64,000 bases of DNA. It comes from Amoebidium appalachense (taxonomy: Eukaryota; Protista; Ichthyosporea). Below are positions 9,926 to 20,869 of this stretch, in pieces (within the stretch, counting starts at the first letter, position 1; every line of letters begins with the position of its first letter). Position numbers and translations under genes: made by a program. The DNA is taken from contig CAVNZM010000006.1 in the NCBI GenBank assembly GCA_963693365.1, positions 11,597,355-11,661,354 on the forward strand, in the 5' to 3' direction. The notes beneath the pieces were generated by a model. It had not been told where the DNA came from. It saw only the letters and a program-made list of their open reading frames with translations, and ran no database searches.

Positions 9926-10208
9926 TTTCTCTGCAGTTTTTTGCAGGGAGGGGGCACACGCACTGTTAGTCCTTCTGGGCTGTTGCTTTCACCCCTAGTT
10001 TTTTTTTTTTTTCACGCCTAGCGGTTATGAGTGGTTTTGTCTTAGGCCTTTTTCGACGGTTAGAGGTAGAAGAAACATACGCACACACAGACCTACAGCT
10101 AGCAACAGTTGGCATAGGCAACATGAGCAGTAGGACTAGTATCACAGGGGACTTAGTCCTCGCTAAGGACCTTGACCTCCCTAGGTGACTTAGCAAGCTC
10201 AGGGCCGT

Positions 10209-10420
10209 TTGCCCAGCAGAGGCCTCAGAGGGGACCGGCGGCGGTCACCCTCCCCACGGCGCTACTGCCAGCCCTACCAGCCACGGCCACAACGGGATAA
10301 CAGATGGGCCAGACTAGCGTCTTTGGGCGGGACAGCAAGAGCCGGCGCCAGGCTCTTTCCCAGGTGTGCACCTGCGACAACTGCAAGGAGCGGGGGCAAC
10401 GCGTGGTGTAAACAGCCCCG
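10209..10420 (+). pseudogene. Decayed gag nucleocapsid remnant
   Basis: Arg/Pro-rich RGDRRRSPSPRR stretch followed in a shifted frame by C-D-N-C-K-E-R-G (from 10373), resembling a broken CX2CX4HX4C knuckle. Confidence 0.4.
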
Positions 10421-11389
10421 TCGTGGGGGGCAGGGACGTCGGTGACCGTGTTGCTGGTATGAAGGTTTTATTAGGGGGTAGGCCATCTCTTGGGTTGTTG
10501 TTGTTGTAATACTATGGGAGTAACTGTTGTGTGGTGTTATTTTTCGGCGAGTTTTCTACTGGTGCCTGGCGTTTTCGACGTGTGTATGAGTCCTGTGTTG
10601 GCGACGTGTGTGATTAGGGTCAGTGGAATAGAAAGTCCTGCTGCTGTCTGGGAGCTCGGCCCTCTGACGAGGGGGCTGGGGGGGGGTCGAAGTGTAGTCA
10701 TGGCAGTGGCAGGCCCCCACTGTTGTGAACCCCCGTCGTCAAAGGGCCTGGTGCTGAGGCCCCTTGGAGTGGCTGCCCTGGGCCTGGTGTTGAGGCCCTT
10801 TGGAGTGGCTGCCCGTAGTGTTGTTGAGTAGTGTTGTGGTGCCCAGTGCAGCAGTAGGCCTTAGACACACCGCTGGGTAGGGCACGGTTGGGGCGGAGGC
10901 ATTCCCAAACCACCGGGACCTACGTAGTAGGAGTCTTTGTCGGGTAGAGGAATGGCCAGCAAGAGAGTCTGGAGGTGTACGTCACATGAGTCTGGAGGTG
11001 TTCGTCAGTGGCATGTTAGGTTTTGCTAGGAATTCTTTGTGGATGGGGCATGCTGAGTGTGGTTGTATGGATGGTGTCTGTTATCATGTCTGTTGCTATG
11101 TTCCACTCGATATAACATTGTGCCAGGGGCATGGGGTTTTGGGTGCAGGTTGTGGACGGGGGCAGAGGTGCATCTACAGGGCAACGTCAGTGGCGGTTCT
11201 TATCCTTGTTTTGGGGTTGGGTTGGGTATTAACCATGGTGGGGTGGTGTGTGGATGTATGTATATGTTTTATGTTATATGTTAAATGTTGCTTCCTGCAT
11301 GGGTAGCGGTAGTTGTAGTCGCTCAGCACATAACTTTATTTTGTTTTTAGGTAGTTTTTACTGAGGTGGAACTCAGTTATTTTCTGTGC

Positions 11390-11399
11390 GAGGGGGGAG
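11390..11399 (+). promoter_or_regulatory. Polypurine tract of the LTR element
   Basis: GAGGGGGGAG, one base upstream of the TG start of the 3' LTR. Confidence 0.8.
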
Positions 11400-11400
11400 T

Positions 11401-12005
11401 TGTCATGTGCTGAGCTGATTCGTATTAGTTTACTTCTATATTTTGTGTTTTGGTGAGTTAATTTCGGGGGTTTTCTTGCATAGTGATGCCGGGGTCTAAA
11501 TGGGGTATGAGGAGATTAATCAGTGGTATGGGGAGAATCTGATGCAGCGGCGGCTGATTGTTTGGTGCGCGCGTGCATGCCCCATGCCTCTGCGTACTCT
11601 CCATGTTAAATGTTGTATTGCTTCTTGCTGTGTGCGTGGCGAGACCCATGTTGCCTGCTCGCGTGTGTGTATGCTTATATGTATTGTGAGTAAACGTGTG
11701 TACGTGTTGTAGTGCTGTAGGGGTGTCTGAGGTCGCGGTAGCCAATGGTGTGGAGTGCGTGTAGTCTGTGGGGGAGGGAGTGTTGTGATTGGCTGAATGT
11801 CACTGTGGTATTTGTCTGGCCAGTGGGCCGCGTGTCTGTGAAGTGTCTCGCGGGGTCGCGGGCTTTTGGAAGTTCTTCTCAGAACACAAAAAACTCGCTT
11901 CCCACCCAACTCAAAGAAAAGTTTATACGTATACACGGTTTCGAGCCCCTTTAAGCGTGCAGATAGTTAGAGTAGTTCATATACACTCTGTTTGTTGCCA
12001 CGACA
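11401..12005 (+). repeat. 3' LTR
   Basis: Copy of 9309-9913. Confidence 0.96.
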
Positions 12006-12358
12006 ACCACCTTGCCATGCACAGGGTCGTCCCCAATGAGCGAGTCGCGGCGTATGAGTTGGGTTTTAATTTGAATTCGGTCACCTGGCTGAGGGCATAC
12101 TAATTTGAAAAGCTGCACTGTGACATGCTCGAAAAACTCTTCGAAAGCCTCAGGGTCGACATCTTTTGGGTTATCAGCAGCACCATTGTGTACCACACTT
12201 AGAAGGTAGCGTGTAAATCCCAGGTTTCCCGTAGCCCGTGGTGGCTCTGCATGCTCAAGGCGGACAGCATCAGAGACACGTCCATGCGCAAGGTCGTCAA
12301 GGTCAGGCGGCACCCAGCGCACGGGTTCGGAATCTAAGTGCATGTGATCTTGAGCCAT
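12006..12358 (-). pseudogene. Separated 5' portion (about 116 codons, terminal-protein region) of the pPolB gene
   Basis: ATG at 12358 (MAQDH...); removing 9309-12005 plus one TSD joins ...HGK to VVWQTIVP... in frame. Confidence 0.9.
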
Positions 12359-12487
12359 GATTTGAATGGTATTAGGGTCAAGAAAAATTTCGTTGCGCGC
12401 TTTCAAAAGCTGCAAAATCGGCTACTTTAATCGGATTGGTTGTCTACCGAATGAAATCGGCTCTGCGATTGGACAAGCCGCAAAAAC

Positions 12488-12582
12488 GCCATCTAAGGCT
12501 AAAACGTCTAGCCAAATAAAGCTATTCCGCATGCCATCAGTGGCCATCACAAAGCTCGAAACGCCCCCGTGGGCGCGCTCCC
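12488..12582 (-). repeat. Internal partial and degenerate copy of the inner TIR segment
   Basis: gccatctaaggctaaaacgtctagccaaataaagctattccgcatgccatca (12488-12539) repeats about 12615-12666, then continues in decayed form. Confidence 0.85.
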
Positions 12583-12609
12583 AACCCTGAGCGTCCGATT
12601 GGACCCGGC

Positions 12610-12824
12610 GTCAAGCCATCTAAGACTAAAACTTCTAGCCAAATAAAGCTATTCCGCATGCCATCACAAAGCCCAACCCAGCCATCGAACGCCCTCCTGG
12701 GCGCTCCCCCTATACCGCTTGAACCAGCGCCAATTTGGACGTATCTCGGCCGGGTCGAGCACTGTATGATGCATTATTTTCGAGCTACAAAAAAAACCAC
12801 GGAAATGGGGGGTACGACATGTGT
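12610..12824 (-). repeat. Right terminal inverted repeat of the Polinton-like element
   Basis: Reverse complement of 628-842. Confidence 0.97.
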
Positions 12825-13266
12825 GTGAGTGACGTGTTAGGCCGCTGCAGCATCTTTGATTCGCGTAGCACGCATCGCCATTTCTCTATTTTTGTGTTTT
12901 CTTCTTTTTCTTGGTTTTTTTTTTTTTGCAAGTTTGCTTTGTCTCTCTTGTTGCCTATCGAGAGACCTGATCAGTGGTCGCTTCAGTGCCGCTGTCGACG
13001 TCAGAGCTGGCCAGAGTGCACGTATACTGAGGGGCAGTGGCTTTGCAGGAGTGTTGGTTACGGCCGTGCGCAGTGTCCACCAAGCACACCAAGTGGGCGG
13101 GTGGGCTGCCACCATGGCCACACCCTCCGCCCCATGTTAGTGCACCGCACCAGCAAGCCCTATCCCGCTGCCCTACCGCCCAGAGCACACCACCACCAAT
13201 ACCCAGCCTATGCCTGCAAACACCTGCCTAGCCTGCCTCCTGCCTTAGTGTGCGCTGTGACCAAAC

Positions 13267-13846
13267 ATGCCGCACTTTGTGAACGGTATGTGGTTGTGCC
13301 GGGGGGGGAGGGAGGGGGGGAGGGGGAGGGGGTGGTAGTGGGGGGAGGGACCGGGTGGGGACGGGGAGAGGGGGAGGAGGGGAGGGGGAGGGGGGGAGGG
13401 GGGGAGATGGGGGGAGGGGGTTGACGAGGACACTTTTTTGGAACACAGCGCTGGGGGGTGGCAGCGATGAGGACGACGGGACGTTCGAACCGTTTGGGCT
13501 GCACGGCACGCACGACACATACCCGCTGGGGGCGCTGGGCCCAGACAGGGCCACGGCCGAGGGCAGTGGGGACGAGGACGAGGACAGTTTGGGCGACGAG
13601 CAGAGGAACCCTGAGGGGCAGGCGGGGCGCTGGGTGCTGGTGCGGCTGCAGCTGCTGCAGGGCGGCGCGGCGCTGGTGTGGTTTGTGCTGCTGGTGGTTG
13701 CTATGCCCAGCCAGGTGCGCGCCATGGTGGGCGACACAACAAAGGGCACGGCCATAGGCGCCATGGCCGCAGTCAATGCAAGCATATCCCTCGTCGGCAG
13801 CCCCCTGTGTGGCCTGATGAGGTGTGATAAGTTTTAGAAGCCCCCT

Positions 13847-13880
<34 letters not shown>

Positions 13881-13948
13881 GCCCCCGCTCCCCCGCCCCC
13901 CTCTTTTGTTGTTTGTTTTCGTTGTACTTCGTATGACCATGCCGCGAG

Positions 13949-13981
<33 letters not shown>

Positions 13982-14451
13982 TACAGTGACCGTCTGCGTG
14001 CTGGGCGCTACCGGCGGCTGCCTGTAGTTGTGTGTGGGGCGCTAGCAGTGGGGCTGCTGCTGCAGGGCATGGCCTTTGTCTGCCCCCACATACCCCCGAC
14101 CCCTGCCCAGCACCAGGCTGGCCCCTGCAAGGCCACGCCCACCCCCTCAGACCCAGCAGGGCTGCAGCCAAGCGGCGGCCTGGGCAGCTACACGGTGGCC
14201 TTTGTGCTGGTGTCGGCCGGCTATCTGTTTGTGCAGGTGGGTGGCTGGGCACGTGCAACACACAGGCACACAGGTCACAGGCAGGCACTGTGATAGACAT
14301 GCACGTGTGGGATCAACACACCCTCAACGGTGCGTGGTGGTGTGCGCACATGGAAACAAACAGACGCAAGGAGCCACATTTATCCGCACAACATATTCAA
14401 GCACACGTACTCACAGACACAGACAAGCACCACACCTATACGCTAACACAC

Positions 14452-14494
<43 letters not shown>

Positions 14495-15879
14495 ACACAC
14501 ACACAGAAAAAAAAAAACCACTACACATACCCTAGAAATACCCGCACACGTGCGCGTGCACACACACTATTCATCCAAAAACACATCCACAACCATGACT
14601 ATAACCCAAGCGACACCGGGTCACTTAGCACCCCTCTATTGGCATATTTCATGTTGAAGCCCTACCTTAATGTGTCGGATGAAGGGATTGGGTTGACACA
14701 AGCCGTTTAAGGTGTAAGGCGACCTGCTTGCATATAGCCCTTATTGAACACGTAAACATATCCAATTGGCTATGTTTACTCTCGCTATTGTATATCGAAA
14801 GACCTCCACCAGCCAAAATTTTAGAGGGTCCCATTGTGGAGCGGGTATGGCTCCGCTGTTTTCATACTCTGGCTGATTGCTTTCATTCCCCCCCCCCCCC
14901 CCCTCCCCCCCCCCCCCCCACCCCACCTCCCACCCCCCTCTCCCAACTCCCCGTGCCCATTCCCTCCACTGCCTCTCCCGTTTTCCCCCCTGTCACGACT
15001 TCACGAGTCCACCCCCCCACCCCCCCCCCCCCAAAACCGCCCTCCCCTCGCTCCCCCCCACCACCACGCCACCCACCCACCCATATACATACACCCACGC
15101 ACACGTCCCACGCAGGTGCCGTACAGCGGGGTGATTGCAGACATGACGCCCAGCCACCTGCGGGGGTTCAGCAGTGGGGCACTGGGGGCCATGACCACAC
15201 TGGGGCAGATGGCTGGCGCCCTGGTGGGCGTGGCCTATGCACAGCTGGGCGTGCACGGCACATACGCCCTGCTGGCGGGCGCCATGGTGGCCGCGGGTGT
15301 GTGTGTGTGTGTGTGTGTGCGCACACGTGCGTGTGTACGTGCGTGCCTGCGTGTGTGGGAAGGTGTGCATGTGTGTGTGTTCTTCGGCGTGTGCCGTGCT
15401 TGTACACACGTGTGCGTGTCTGTGTGTGCATGCCTGTGTATGTGCTTGGGCCCATGCCTGATTTGAAGAGCTTCGGTGAGCATAATTTCTATGGTGTGTG
15501 GATCATGTGGGTCAGGGTGGGCCCCTCTTCTTATGCCGAGGCGTTGCTATGCTGTAGAAGCACCTAGAGAGAGGACTGGATGGGTGGCCAAGGGTGCTGA
15601 TTTGTTTTTGTGTTTGGTCGTGTGTGTGCTCGTGTCTGTACGGGTGTCTGTTCGTGTGGTGATGGTGGTGAAGGGTAGGGAGGATGGGGCATACCCAGGC
15701 TAAAGGGAGAGGCACTTGTCCTTCAGGGGAGGGGAGAGGAGGGGAGGGGGAGGGGGGGGGGGGGGGGGGAGGGGTGGACAAAAGTGTGGGTGCTTCCCAC
15801 TGTAGCAAGATCACGGGCTACTCCCTGATTGTAGTTTGTGCACCAGGCAGCCAAGGCACCTGCCTCCCCCTTCCCCCCT

Positions 15880-15954
<75 letters not shown>

Positions 15955-17211
15955 ACACCCACATCCACACACCCCAATGCCAGGCAGGCATGCACACTGA
16001 CCCCCTACCCCGTGCAGCACTGGCCACGGGCTGCAGTGTCACCGAGCACGTGCAAAGGTCTGTGCGGCCCCGCAAGGCGCTGAGCGTGGGAGCAGTGGTG
16101 ACGTCATTCGTGGAGCCTCTGAGGGACCACGACTTCAGATGGGTCTTTGCCACCCGCTTCCTCATGCAGCAGGCGTGCCCCCTCCCTGCATATGCCTGTT
16201 GCTCGGGACATGCACACGGCACATAGTGCAGGGCATGCTCGTGGCACTCAGTGTGCAGGGCATGCACGTGGCTGACTGTGTGTGTGCAGGGCGTGCACGT
16301 GGCTGACTGTGTGTGTGCAGGGGGTGTCGACGGTGCTGAACTTTCTCGAGTACTGGCTGGTGGATGTGGTGGTGCTGCCCGAGGGCCTTGGTGCTGAGAG
16401 GGCCGTGGGGCTTGTGTTCCTGCCCCTGCTGGCTGCCTCCCTGCTGGCTGCAATGGCCGGGGGCTGGGCCAGCGACCGCATGGGGGGCAGAAGGAGAGCG
16501 CTGGTCATGGGGGCGGGCGCACTGATGGCCCTGGCCGCACTGGCCATGTGCTTCCTGCGCCAGCTGGGGGGGGTGGTGGTGGCTGCCACCGTGCTGGGCC
16601 TGGGCTATGGCACATTCGTGGCCGTGGACTTTGCAATGGTGCGTGCCATGCACACAGTAGCGGGCATGCACACAGTAGCGGGCATGCACACAGTAGCTGG
16701 CATGCACACAGTAGCGGGCATGCACACAGTAGCTGGCATGTACACAGTAGCGGGCATGCACACAGTAGCTGGCATGTACACAGTAGCGGGCATGCACACA
16801 GTAGCGGGCATGCACACAGTAGCTGGCATGCACACAGTAGCTGGCATGCACACAGTAGCTGACATGCACACAGTAGCTGGCATGCACGCAGTAGCTGGCA
16901 TGCATGCAAAGGCCATGCCACAGTATCTGGCAATTGCACCAATCATAGGGCAGGCGCTCACCCCCTGCCCCCAGGTGCTTGACGTGCTGCCAGACTCTCA
17001 GCGGCGTGCGCAGGACCTTGCGGTGTGGCACAGTGCGCTGGTGCTGCCGCAGATCCTGGCCACACCATTGGGCGGCCTGCTGAGGGACACGTTCCAGACC
17101 GTGGGCTGTGGCTGCCAGTGCGGGTTGGGCTACAAGGTGCTGTTTGGCACTGCAGCAGCATACTTTGCCCTGTCGGCCCTGCTGGTCACACGCATACGCA
17201 ACGTCAGGTAG
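13267..17211 (+). CDS. Major facilitator superfamily transporter, multi-exon
   Basis: Exons about 13267-13285, 13449-13821, 13987-14236, 15116-15297, 16018-16172, 16321-16638, 16975-17211 splice in frame; two motif-A copies (GLMSDRLRAGRYRR, GGWASDRMGGRRR); DFRWVFATRFLMQ; many transmembrane helices. Confidence 0.9.
16645..16905. repeat. 18-bp intronic minisatellite (gcatgcacacagtagc[gt]g)
   Basis: About 14 tandem copies inside the MFS intron 16639-16974. Confidence 0.92.
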
Positions 17212-17915
17212 CTATTAATGTGGCCATTGCGAGTTACATAGAAGACAGTGTGCTATGTGGCCGTTGCACGCATACTTCAGGGCACTCCGGTGTACCTGCC
17301 CCGTATGAATGAGCAGCACCGTATATAGTGAAATAGCGGCCATGAGGCTGTAGTAACACAGCTATGGCACGGCTTCGGAATTTACAGTATGTGATATGAT
17401 TGAGCCTGGCGTGTAGGTAATATATGACGACTGTATGGGAAGCTATACGTAGTGTTGTAATTGGTTGTATGATAGTATGTGCGCTTTGATTCTGCTACAG
17501 TGGGCCTTTGGTGGTTAATAAGATTATACTGGGATGTTGCTATGTATGTATATAAAATGTGATTATGATTATGTACATGTGGCTGTGGCATCGGTGACTA
17601 AATTTAGACCAAGTGACAGTGCATGCTCGTGCACTTGGCTGTAGTATTCATTGCATCATGGAATTTCAAGTAACCCTGTGCATGCATATGCATATACATA
17701 CTATGCTGGCTGTGGGGTTCGAAGCATGTGCATGGCACTATAATATATTCGACTTGGCAAACCACGTGACTAAGCACATGCATAAAGGTGTAAAGGCGGG
17801 CAAAGCTTTGCAGCCAGCATGCGCCACACCTGCCGGGGCCAGTGTGTGCATGCAACAGCAGCATGGCCAAGACCATGCGGCCCTGCAGCTGGGCCCAGAA
17901 ACAATGTGCACGTGG

Positions 17916-18072
17916 CATTTGATTCCAATATGTTGGTACAGTCATATTTTGATTCCAATATGTTGGTACAGTCAAAATTTGATTCCATTATGTCGGTACA
18001 GTCGACGTTATAATTTGATTCCAATATGTTGGTACAGTCATAATTTAATTCCAATATGTTGGTACAGTCAAA
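17916..18072. repeat. About 30-bp tandem repeat (ttgattccaatatgttggtacagtca...)
   Basis: Five tandem copies. Confidence 0.9.
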
Positions 18073-18433
18073 ATGTGCAGCCATGCACATCCACAATTTA
18101 TATACAGATGGGCCGGGTGGCTGGCCAGCAGCCTCGGCATCCATCTGGGTACACATATGCACACTCCAACCGGGCCGAACATGTTTCAATCAGAACTAAA
18201 AATACACCACAAACCTAGCCCTGGCCTGCATGGTGCCACGGCCATGGCATATTGTGTGTCCCCTGTGGGTGAGGCAGTCTGCCTGTTTTGTGCCTGTGCA
18301 ATGATTCACGGTGTGCGGTGCATGTGTGGCTGGTTGCTCCCAAATGTGCTCCTTCGTTGTGGATTCAGTGGTTGTGTGCATGTGTGCATGCGTGGTGTGG
18401 TGGTGTGTGGTGTCTAACATGCTGTGTGTGGGC

Positions 18434-18878
18434 CTACGAGTAGTAGACCTTTGTCTCCGTGTGGGGGTCGATGGGTGCCTCGAGCCACTCCAGGAAGACA
18501 CCGACCCAGCCACTGTGGGCACGCAGCTGGGTGCCCTTTGCATGGCGGTGGAAGATGGTCCAGCACGTGTACGTCACAAAGCAGCCCACACTCACGTCCA
18601 GCGTGTAGTGGAACAGCGTGCCCACAATCTGTGCACAAAGTCAGATGCTGCTGTGTGTTTGGAGGGGGTGCTGATGCTGTGTGTAACTAAAAAAGTAATA
18701 GCACTGTGCATGTGTGTGTGTGTGTATAGCGTGTATGTGTGTGTGCGTGCGTAGTGTGTGTGTGTGTGCGTGCGTAGCGTGTGTGTGTGTGTGCGTGCGT
18801 AGAGTGTATGTGTGTGTGCATGCGTAGCCTATGATGTATGTGGCGTGTGCGTGTGCGTGTGCGTGTGCGTTCGCGTTC

Positions 18879-18924
<46 letters not shown>

Positions 18925-19320
18925 ACTGCCGTATGCAGGGGCAGGCACGTACCGCCAGGGAGCCAACCACGGAGGACAGCACGAGCAGCGCCCTCAGGGC
19001 CCCATGGGGGCAGTACTCATTATAGACCATGCAGGGCACCCACAGCCCCACCGTGTGCCCGCTGAACATCAGGTCTCCACATGTGTCCAGCAGCGGGTTG
19101 CACAGCACCTTGAAGGCCCGCCGGAACGCCCTGTTGCAGCCATTAGCAGGCCGGCTACCAGACAGCACCCAACACTACAAAGGCAAGGGGGGGGGGGGGG
19201 GGGGGAGGGGGGTGAGCTGCTCTCAGTGTTTTAATGCAATCTTTAAGTGGGGAAAGGTGGCCATGCATTGCCGTGATGACAACAAATGTGTATTTTGGGG
19301 TGTGTGTGTGTCAATGGGCC

Positions 19321-19368
<48 letters not shown>

Positions 19369-20535
19369 GGGCAGAATCGAAAGGGAAAGGGCAAGGTTTT
19401 AGGTGTGTGGTGAGAATACATGTGGCCTGGGTGGGATGGTAATTTATACATGGGAAACGCGACATATGCTGAAATAAAGAGGATGGTAAAGAATACAGCG
19501 CATGCAAAATGAACAGTGCCCCTCCTCGCGAGGTGCGCAAGTCATCCACAGTGCCCGCACTTCGATTCATTCAGCTCACCGTGCAATACACAACGCAGAA
19601 ACCAATTTATTTTAGCCGTGGGTGGGTCCCCGGTCTGGTCGTAGACTAGGAGGGTTATGCATGTGAGCAGGCAGCAAAAGTGCAACTGTCCACGGGGGGA
19701 GGGGGGGAGGGGCACAGAATTTTGTACGTTGGAAAGATGGGCTCTGCCTTGTATGTGCCGGTGGGGTCGGGGCACTGCAGCACAAACCAGCAGCTGTGCT
19801 TCTCAAACTGCTGGCGGCAGTGCGGACTCATGTCCGGCAGCTGCGTCACCTGGTGGCATAGCGTCAGGCCTGCCAACTAGTGTGTGTGCGTGTGTGCCTG
19901 CATGCATGTGTTTATAATGTTCCATTCCCATCTGCTGGGCATGGCGTGCACGTGCATGTCCCCGTGTAAGGGTGGCGTGTGCACGTGTGAGGGTGGGCCT
20001 GTGCCGGTGGGTGCATGCACGTGGGCATGCTGTGCCTGCACCCAGGTGGCCACAACCAACCCATATATGGAAGGTGTGACACGATGTCACAGTGGGCCAA
20101 TCGACAATAAGCAACACCCAAAACAGCTTGCCCCCCGCACCCCCCCCTCCCTCCCTCCTCCTCCTTCCCTCCCCCCTCCCCCCCCCCCCTCCCCAAAAAA
20201 AAAAACTAAAAAAAAAAAACTCAGCACCCACCGTGACGCAGTATGAGCGGAACAGCAGGACCAGTGCCAGCACACTGAATGTGCGCACAAACAGCAGCAG
20301 CTTTCTGTCGTCATGGATCCACCACAGCAGGCCGGCCAGCACATTTGCAGCCACGCACAGGTCCGGCAGGTGCCGCACAAAATAGGCACTGGTGGCTGCC
20401 TCCAGGTGCGGCCGCCACGGCCCCAGCAGCTCATGGCCCACATCAGGTAGGGGGGCTGGTTAGGTGTGCGCCAGCCGGCAACCACAGAGGCCAGCAGGTT
20501 GACATAGAAGCACACGCAGAACAGCACACTCACAA
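18434..20535 (-). CDS. Sphingomyelin synthase / IPC synthase family phosphotransferase, multi-exon; 5' exons not resolved
   Basis: LPDVGHELL, FRSYCVT, LPDMSPHC, CGDLMFSGHT and HYTLDV motifs on successive minus-strand exons; apparent 1-nt frameshift in a G run at about 20450. Confidence 0.88.
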
Positions 20536-20834
20536 CTGAGGGGGTGGTAAGGTGAGGGGTCGGGGTGGAGGCATGGCAGGCAGACAGGAGAGAGAGACAA
20601 CGGGGGCATGTGCGGCACTAGTAGGGCCGCAGGAGGAACGTAAGCGGTCAGTATGTGTGCACACGTGGTGGAACAACGACACAGCGAAAAGCACGTGCTG
20701 TAGGCCGCACTAACTGGCAGCAACGGCCAGAGTATGCAGGGCACGCGGGGTGGGGGGGGACTATCCCACTTCAGTAAACAAGACTCGGGGGAGAGGGGGA
20801 GATACACACATGCAGACACGCACACACATACACA

Positions 20835-20869
<35 letters not shown>

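Larger units (their letters stand above)
9309..12005 (+). mobile_element. Non-autonomous LTR retrotransposon (TRIM/LARD-like, 2697 bp) nested in pPolB
   Basis: 605-bp direct repeats 9309-9913 and 11401-12005, TG...CA termini (TGTCATG / CACGACA), 5-bp TSD ACCAC (9304-9308, 12006-12010), polypurine tract before the 3' LTR, no pol ORF. Confidence 0.95.
628..12824. mobile_element. Polinton/Maverick-like DNA element without recognisable capsid genes (about 9.5 kb once the nested LTR element is removed)
   Basis: 215-bp terminal inverted repeats (628-842 and 12610-12824); termini 5'-ACACAT...ATGTGT-3'; GTGA directly on both flanks (624-627, 12825-12828); encodes pPolB and an rve integrase; genes are tightly packed, intronless and lack the microsatellites seen in flanking host DNA. 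Confidence 0.93.

Noticed and set aside
9366-11954. Duplicated small ORFs (95, 138, 70, 69 aa)
   Set aside because: By-products of the two identical LTRs, with no coding signature
16645-16905. MHTVAG repeat as part of the MFS protein
   Set aside because: Lies within a GT-AG intron (16639-16974) whose removal restores DFAM-VLDVLP
20445-20456. Frameshift in the sphingomyelin synthase-like gene
   Set aside because: A single-base shortfall in a G run; probably a sequencing error
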